NCBI GenBank assembly: GCA_038087875.1
Contig: JAXLNO010001607.1
Coordinates: forward strand, 310,001 to 374,000
Reading direction: 5' to 3'
Origin: Malacoraja senta
Taxonomy: Eukaryota
Length of the DNA: 64,000 nt
Below the pieces are notes generated by a model. The model was not told the origin of the DNA, made no database searches, and was given only the letters and a program-made list of their open reading frames with translations. Both the position numbers and the translations under genes were made by a program. Below are positions 57,970-64,000 of the stretch, piece by piece (the first letter of the stretch is position 1; every line of letters begins with the position of its first letter).

Positions 57970-60900
57970 TTATGTTGTATGAAAGTGTTCAATAAGTTTT
58001 CCCCAAGTCTTATCAAATTTAACCAAGGGTTCAACAATGTCACTTCTAATTTTTTCTCAATTTAAACATGATATTGTCTCAGAATACCACTGGAGTGTGG
58101 TCGGAGGGTTGGAATCTTTCCATTTAAAGAAAATAAATCTTCTGGCAATTAATGTGGTAAAAGCAATCAACCGATGGGCGGAGTGGGACAAATGAATAGA
58201 ATCTAACATTGGTAACCCAAAAATTGCAGTAATAGGATGAGGTTGTAAATCGATACCTAAGACTACCGAAATAGTATCAAAAATGTCTTTCCAATATTTT
58301 TCCAAAAGAGGGCAGGACCAAAACATATGGGTCAGTGATGCCACTTCAGAGTTACATCTGTCACAGGTAGGATTTATATGACCATAAAAACGAGCTAACT
58401 TATCTTTTGACATATGAGCTCTGTGGACCACCTTGAATTGTATCAAAGCGTGTCTTGCATACATTGAAGAGGTATTAACTAATTGAAGGATCCTCTCCCA
58501 TTTCTCTATAGATAAAGAAATTTGGAGTTCCCTTTCCCAGTCATCCTTAATTTTATCAAATGTATCTATTTGTAATTTTGAAATCAACTCATGAATAGTC
58601 GTTATTAACCCTTTCTGATAAGGGTTCAACTGTAAAAAAAATCCAAAATTTCGGGTTGATGTGGTAGCGGAAAAAGGGGTAGTTCCTTTTGTCTAATTTG
58701 TAAATATCTAAAAAAGTGTGAATTAGGTAAGTTGGAGAGTTGTTCGAAAGACATAAAACAACCCTCCAAAAACAAATCACGAAAAGCTACTAATCCCTTC
58801 CTCTTCCATAACAAAAAAACTTGATCAGTACTAGATGGCTGGAAGAGAAATTTGGATAAAATCAGATAGTCCAAAAAACTTACGAAATTGAAACCGTATT
58901 CGGAACGTATGTCTTATTATTGGGTTCGTCATATATTTATTCAATCTCATAATTGTAAAAGGTAACGAGGTCCCCAGAATAGAAGCCAATTATAGCCCTT
59001 GTAAGGAATCACGTTCTAGGTTTATCCATCCAGGGCATTGGGTATCTTCTAAATCTTTTGTCCAAAATGTTAAATAACGAACATTGACTGCCCAATAGTA
59101 GAGTCTAAGGTTCGGCAATGCCAAACCACCATCTTTTGGGGATTTCTGTAAGTATTTTTTACCTAGTCTGGGATTTTTATTCTGCCACATATATGAAGAA
59201 ATTTTAGAGTCTATAATATCAAAGAAAGATTTGGCAATAAAAATTGGTATCGTCTGAAATAAATGCAGACATTTAGGTAAAATGAACATTTTAATAGCAT
59301 TGATTCGGCCAATTAAGGATAAGGACATTGGTAACCATTTAGTGAACTGATGTTTAATATGGTCAATTAAAGGAATAAAATTAGCTTTAAATAAATCCTT
59401 GTGTTTCTTGGTGATCTTAATACCTAAATAAGTAAAACTTTCAGTAGTCAATCTAAATGGAAACTGTCCATAACTCGAAACAAAATTATTTAATGGGAAA
59501 GCTCACCCTTACTAAGATTTAGTTTATAACCAGAAAAACTACTGAATTGATTAAGTAATGCTACTATTGCCGGAATAGATTTCTCAGGGTTAGAAATAAA
59601 TAATAACAGATCATCTGCATAAAGAGATAGCTTATGTGTCTTAATCCCGCGGACAATACCAAAAATATTAGGGGATTCCCTAATAGCAGTGGCTAAAGTT
59701 TCCAAAGCAATATCAAATAGTAAAGGACTTAAGGGACAGCCCTGTCTAGTACCTTGAAAGAGCCTGAAAAAAAGGGGATCTCTGATTATTAGTAAATACA
59801 GAAGCCTGAGGTATAAGATATAGCAGTTTGATCCAAGAGATAAATTTTGGACCAATCTTAACTTTTTCAAGTATATTGAATAAGTATTCCATTCTACTCT
59901 ATCAATAGCCTTCTCGGCATCAAGTGAGATGACACATTCTGGGGTTTTATTAGACGCTGTATATACAATATTTATTAATCTCCTAACATTAAAGAATGAG
60001 TAACGATTTTTAATAAAACCTGTCTGATCTTCAGAGATAATTTGCGGTAAAATCTTTTCCAATCTCATAGGTAATATTTTTGAAAGAATTTTAAAATCTA
60101 CATTTAACATTGATATAGGTCTATATGATGTCACTTCAGTAGCGTCTATCTTTTTTTTAAATTAAAGAAATAGAAGCTTCATAAAAAGATTGTGGTAATC
60201 TATTCCTTAAAAAGGCTTCTTTAAATACCTTGCATAGCCATGGAGACAATACATTTGAGAAATACTTTTAAAATTCTACTGTAAATCCATCTAAACCGGG
60301 AGCTTTACCAGATTTCATTGAAAAAATTGCTTTCTGTATTTCTTCTTCCGTGATGGGTTCATCTAACAACAGATGGTAAATTGTATGGTAAATTTGGTAA
60401 GTTCAGTTTCTGTAAAAACTCATGCATTATATTGGGATCAGTAGGAAAATCTGATTGGTATAGGGAGGTATAAAATTGCTGAAAGGATTTATTAATTTCG
60501 TGATGGTCTACAGTTACTGTACCATCCCGTTTACTCACTTTAGTAATCTGACGCTTGGCCGACACTGCTTTCAATTGATTAGCAAGTAATTTACCAGATT
60601 TTTCACCATTTATATAAAATTTACTTTTGGTTTTAAGTAACTGGTTCTCAATCGGTGATACTAATAACAAATCATATCTCAATTGAAGTTCAACTCTATT
60701 CTTATAGAGCTCTAAACTAGGAGCTTTTGAATATTTTTTATCAATTTCTTTAATCTCGTCAGCCAATGTGCGTATTTCTTTTTGTGTTTGTTTTTTTAAT
60801 CCCGCGGAGTATGAAATAATTTGTCCACGAATATATGCCTTAAATGCATCCCAAACAATATCATTGGATATCTCTTCATTAGAGTTTGTCAAGAAGTAAA

Positions 60901-61712
60901 AAGCAATCTGATCTTTCATAAACTTAATAAAGTTTAAGTCTTGAAGCAAAGTAGCATTAAATCGCCATTGTTTAGCACTAAACTTGGAATCAGGTAGTTT
61001 GATCAATAGTTTCACTGGTGCATGATCAGAAATAGCAATTGTATCATACTCGCATGCAATGACCGATGGAACTAGCCGAGAATCTAGTATAAAATAGTCG
61101 ATCCTAGAATAACTATGATATACATGAGAGAAAAATGAAAATTCTTTGTCATTTGCGTGTAAGAATCTCCAAATTTCTAACATTCCCGAGTCAAGTAAAA
61201 AAGAATGAATAAAATTAGCTGATTTATTTGGAAGCGCATGATCAGATGTAGACCTATCAATCGAGGGATTCAAACAGCAATTGAAGTCTCCATCCATTAT
61301 TAAAAAGTGTTCATTTAAATTAGGAAAGGATGCAATTAACTGTTTAAAAAACTCAGGGTGATCAATATTTGGTGCATAGACATTCACCAAAGCCACTTTT
61401 TGCCTAAAAAGGACAGCGGTAATCACCAAGAATCTGCCATATGGATCAGAAATTGTTTCATGGTGAACAAACGGAATTGAGGAGTCAATAAAAATAGAGA
61501 CTACCTTTCACCTTAGCCTGTGAATTTGAATGAAACTGCTGTCCTCTCCAAAACTTGAAAAATCGTGACTTGTCATCTTGCCTTACATGAGTTTCCTGAA
61601 CAAAGATAATCTGAGCATTTAGTCTGTGAAGAACTTTAAAAAAAAAAGTCCTCTTAATGGGATGGTTCAAGCCATTCACATTCCATGAAAGGAAATGAGT
61701 AACTTTATCCAT
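57970..61712 (-). pseudogene. L1 ORF2 (EN-RT-zinc knuckle), frameshifted
   Basis: SWNVNGL, VQETH, GDFN, SRIDY, SDHAP; SYRPIS.LNVDFKILSK, QTGFIKNR, GTRQGCPLSPLLF, LYADD; CDRC...HMFWSCP. Confidence 0.93.
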
Positions 61713-62307
61713 ATTGCTTGTAAAAATCATGTGGGATGTAATGGGTTAATTTCTTGAAGCCTAAAAGTTCATAATACTGGAAGAAGAAAAATCTAGGGCG
61801 GAGTCAGAAGTGACGACATTTCAGCCAATTTTGTAGTTCAGAATTTGCACAAATGGAGATCACTAAATAGGGAACAAAAGACCCCTCCCCCTCCCCCTTC
61901 CCCCCTCCCACCCCTGTAGAACCCCAAACTGACCAAAAGAGTCAGCAAACTACCTAATCCCCTCCCCAATCCCATCTCTCCCAGTAACAGCGCTCAGCAT
62001 AAAAAGAATAATATTTAACCACTACTTCATAACACATTCGTTATTATCTCTTTGAGAGAGAAGAAGAAAAAAATACAGACTGGCATGGAATGCTGCTTAT
62101 TATTATTCAAGGTCAAGATATGAAAAACAAGAACTGCGTTCTCTTAGTTTGTCTAACGACAGGGGAACACGAATTAACAAAGAAATTCTTAAAAGAATAT
62201 ATATAAAAGAAAAACAACTCGTCCAGTTAAATTCTTAATCATTACTAAACAAAATGTTGTCAAAATAGGAACAGTAAATCTCCAATTATAACTTAATCAG
62301 CTATCAA

Positions 62308-63159
62308 TTACTCCCCTTCCTCGTCGTAGCTCTTCAGAAAGCTGGAGGCGTCTTGAGGACTGTTAAAAAATCGAAAGTTACCATTGAAAAGCCGAATACA
62401 CAATCTAGCTGGAAATAATAGAGCTGGGCGCAGTTTTTCTTATACAAATCAGACATTACATTATAAAAAGTCTTTCTTATTTCCAAAAGCTCATAACTAT
62501 AATCAGGGACAAACCGAAACTCTCATCCTTCATATTAAACCACACCAAACATTTTTGCTGCCTGGAGAATATTCTCCTTCATTTGAAAAAAATGAAACCG
62601 AATGCTCAAGTGTCTCGGTTTATTACCGGATCTCTTCCCAATCCTGTGTGCCTTATCCAGGAACGGAAGGTTTTCATTGTGCTCAATGTTGAATGTTTCC
62701 TTTATCATTTTAGAAGCATATTTTATAACGTTATCTCCTTCTTGGGCTTCCGGCAAACCAACAATTCGTCAATTCAAACCACGGCTTCTGTTTTCTAAGT
62801 CCATATTTTTAGACTTGTATTGCTGAAGTGTTTTCATTCATTCTCCGTTCCAATTTTTCAATCTTCAAATCTCTCTCCTGTCCCAGGGTGCGCAAGATAT
62901 CAATTTGATCTGTTTGTTCACGAAGTTCATCTTGTAACAAAGACAGTTTTCCTTGGACTTCCTTCAATTTGGTCGAAACTCCTTTCACCATTTCTTCCAA
63001 ACTGCCAAATCTTGTTTTCATTTCATTTTTCAGCTCATTGTTCAATTCATCGTTCATTTTCGATATTGCTTCTATGATGCTGGAATCAGAAGCTGCAGCT
63101 GTGGTTGTGGCTTTCCCCAGTTCCTTCTTTGGGGATCCTCCTTTCCTTCTTGTCTCCAT
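62308..63159 (-). pseudogene. L1 ORF1 (Transposase_22-like), frameshifted
   Basis: METRRKGG...heptad-rich coiled coil...MPEAQEG...LDKAHRIG...PR.LSIRFH.FQMKE.ILQAAK. Confidence 0.8.
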
Positions 63160-63244
63160 CCTTTTCACGATTAAGGCGTGTAAAAGTGTTATCAACACTT
63201 TATGAACAGTTAGACGGTGTCTTGAAGTCAAATAGTCACCAGTA

Positions 63245-63830
63245 ACATTGAAAGGGTAGTGAGGGGAGCAGAGAGGATCATTGGCGTCTCCCTACCCTCG
63301 GTACAAGAACTGTTCCAGAGCCGCTGTCTGAAAAAAGCTCAGAGAATTGCTAAGGACAAACTGCACCCCCTCCACATACACCTGGATCTCCTGCCATCAG
63401 GCAAGAGATATCGCAGCATCAAAGCCCGGACCACAAGACTGCTAAACAGCTTCCTGCCATATGCTGTGAGGCTGCTAAACAGCCACTCTGTACTCACAGT
63501 CACCTGATTCTGCGGCTTGGCACGGACACTATAATAACTGGCACTGGCCACTTCAATAACTGGCACTGGCCACTCAAATCAGCCACCCCGGACATGTTTA
63601 TGATTGGTTTTACTGTATTTTAACGTTGATGTTTTACCTACTTTTTAACTGTTTATACTGTTCCATCAGGGACTGGATTGTTTTTAGTGTTATTACGTGT
63701 GAAATGTTTTAAATTTCATGTGCGATGCTCCGGTATTCCCTGGGAAACGTCTTTTCATTTTGCACTGTACAACTGTTGCTTCCAAGATGACAATAAAGGT
63801 TGATTGAATGATTGATTGAATGAAAGAGTG
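63245..63830 (+). mobile_element. Rex1/Babar-like LINE 3' fragment
   Basis: KAQRIAKDKLHPLH..LDLLPSGKRYRSIKARTTRLLNSFLPYAVRLLN; tgacaataaagg(ttga)n tail. Confidence 0.85.
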
Positions 63831-64000
63831 GTCAGTGGAAGTTAAAAGTTAAGGGAGCAAACGAGTTTGCAACCTTACAGCATGCTGCCTTACACAAGGA
63901 GAGTCTAGTTATTGACATGTTATTGATGTTCATGATTATTCTGTTCTTTGTGCCTGGCCATTTTGACTTTGTCACATGTTACTTGGTTTATGATATTGTA

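Larger units (their letters stand above)
57535..63240 (-). mobile_element. Nearly full-length L1-clade LINE (about 5.7 kb), decayed
   Basis: A-rich 3' tail at about 57535-57850; ORF2 with APE endonuclease, RT and C-terminal CCHC; ORF1 with coiled coil and RRM-like AHR motif. Confidence 0.93.

Overview
Eukaryotic, repeat-dense vertebrate DNA, most likely a cartilaginous fish (skate/ray). That assignment is inferred from HE1-like SINEs that share a 3' tail with CR1/HER1-type LINEs and from Penelope-derived palindromic elements. The only host gene I can support is a divergent MHC class I heavy-chain-like gene on the + strand, spread over about 28 kb of TE-filled introns. Its exons are alpha1 26502-26762, alpha2 41350-41626, alpha3 51403-51669 and TM 54347-54453, with canonical AG/GT sites and phase-1 junctions between them. 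The alpha2 exon has a +1 frameshift in an A7 run, which is either a null allele/pseudogene or a homopolymer assembly error. The predicted groove is non-classical and hydrophobic (T143F, Y159L, W167L, F70, W81, F156). The leader and cytoplasmic exons are not securely located. The rest is nested mobile DNA: a gag+integrase-only Gypsy element with a fold-back at its deletion junction and a 1,040-bp TIR element with a 7-bp TSD inside it; a Buster hAT containing a second hAT remnant and a hairpin-seeded minisatellite; a non-autonomous Helitron; a nearly full-length decayed L1; many CR1, Rex1/Babar-like, RTE, SINE and MITE copies; and about 20 Penelope-derived copies carrying hammerhead-ribozyme-like motifs. 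All calls were made by eye without database searches, and repeat boundaries are approximate unless a TSD or TIR is given.
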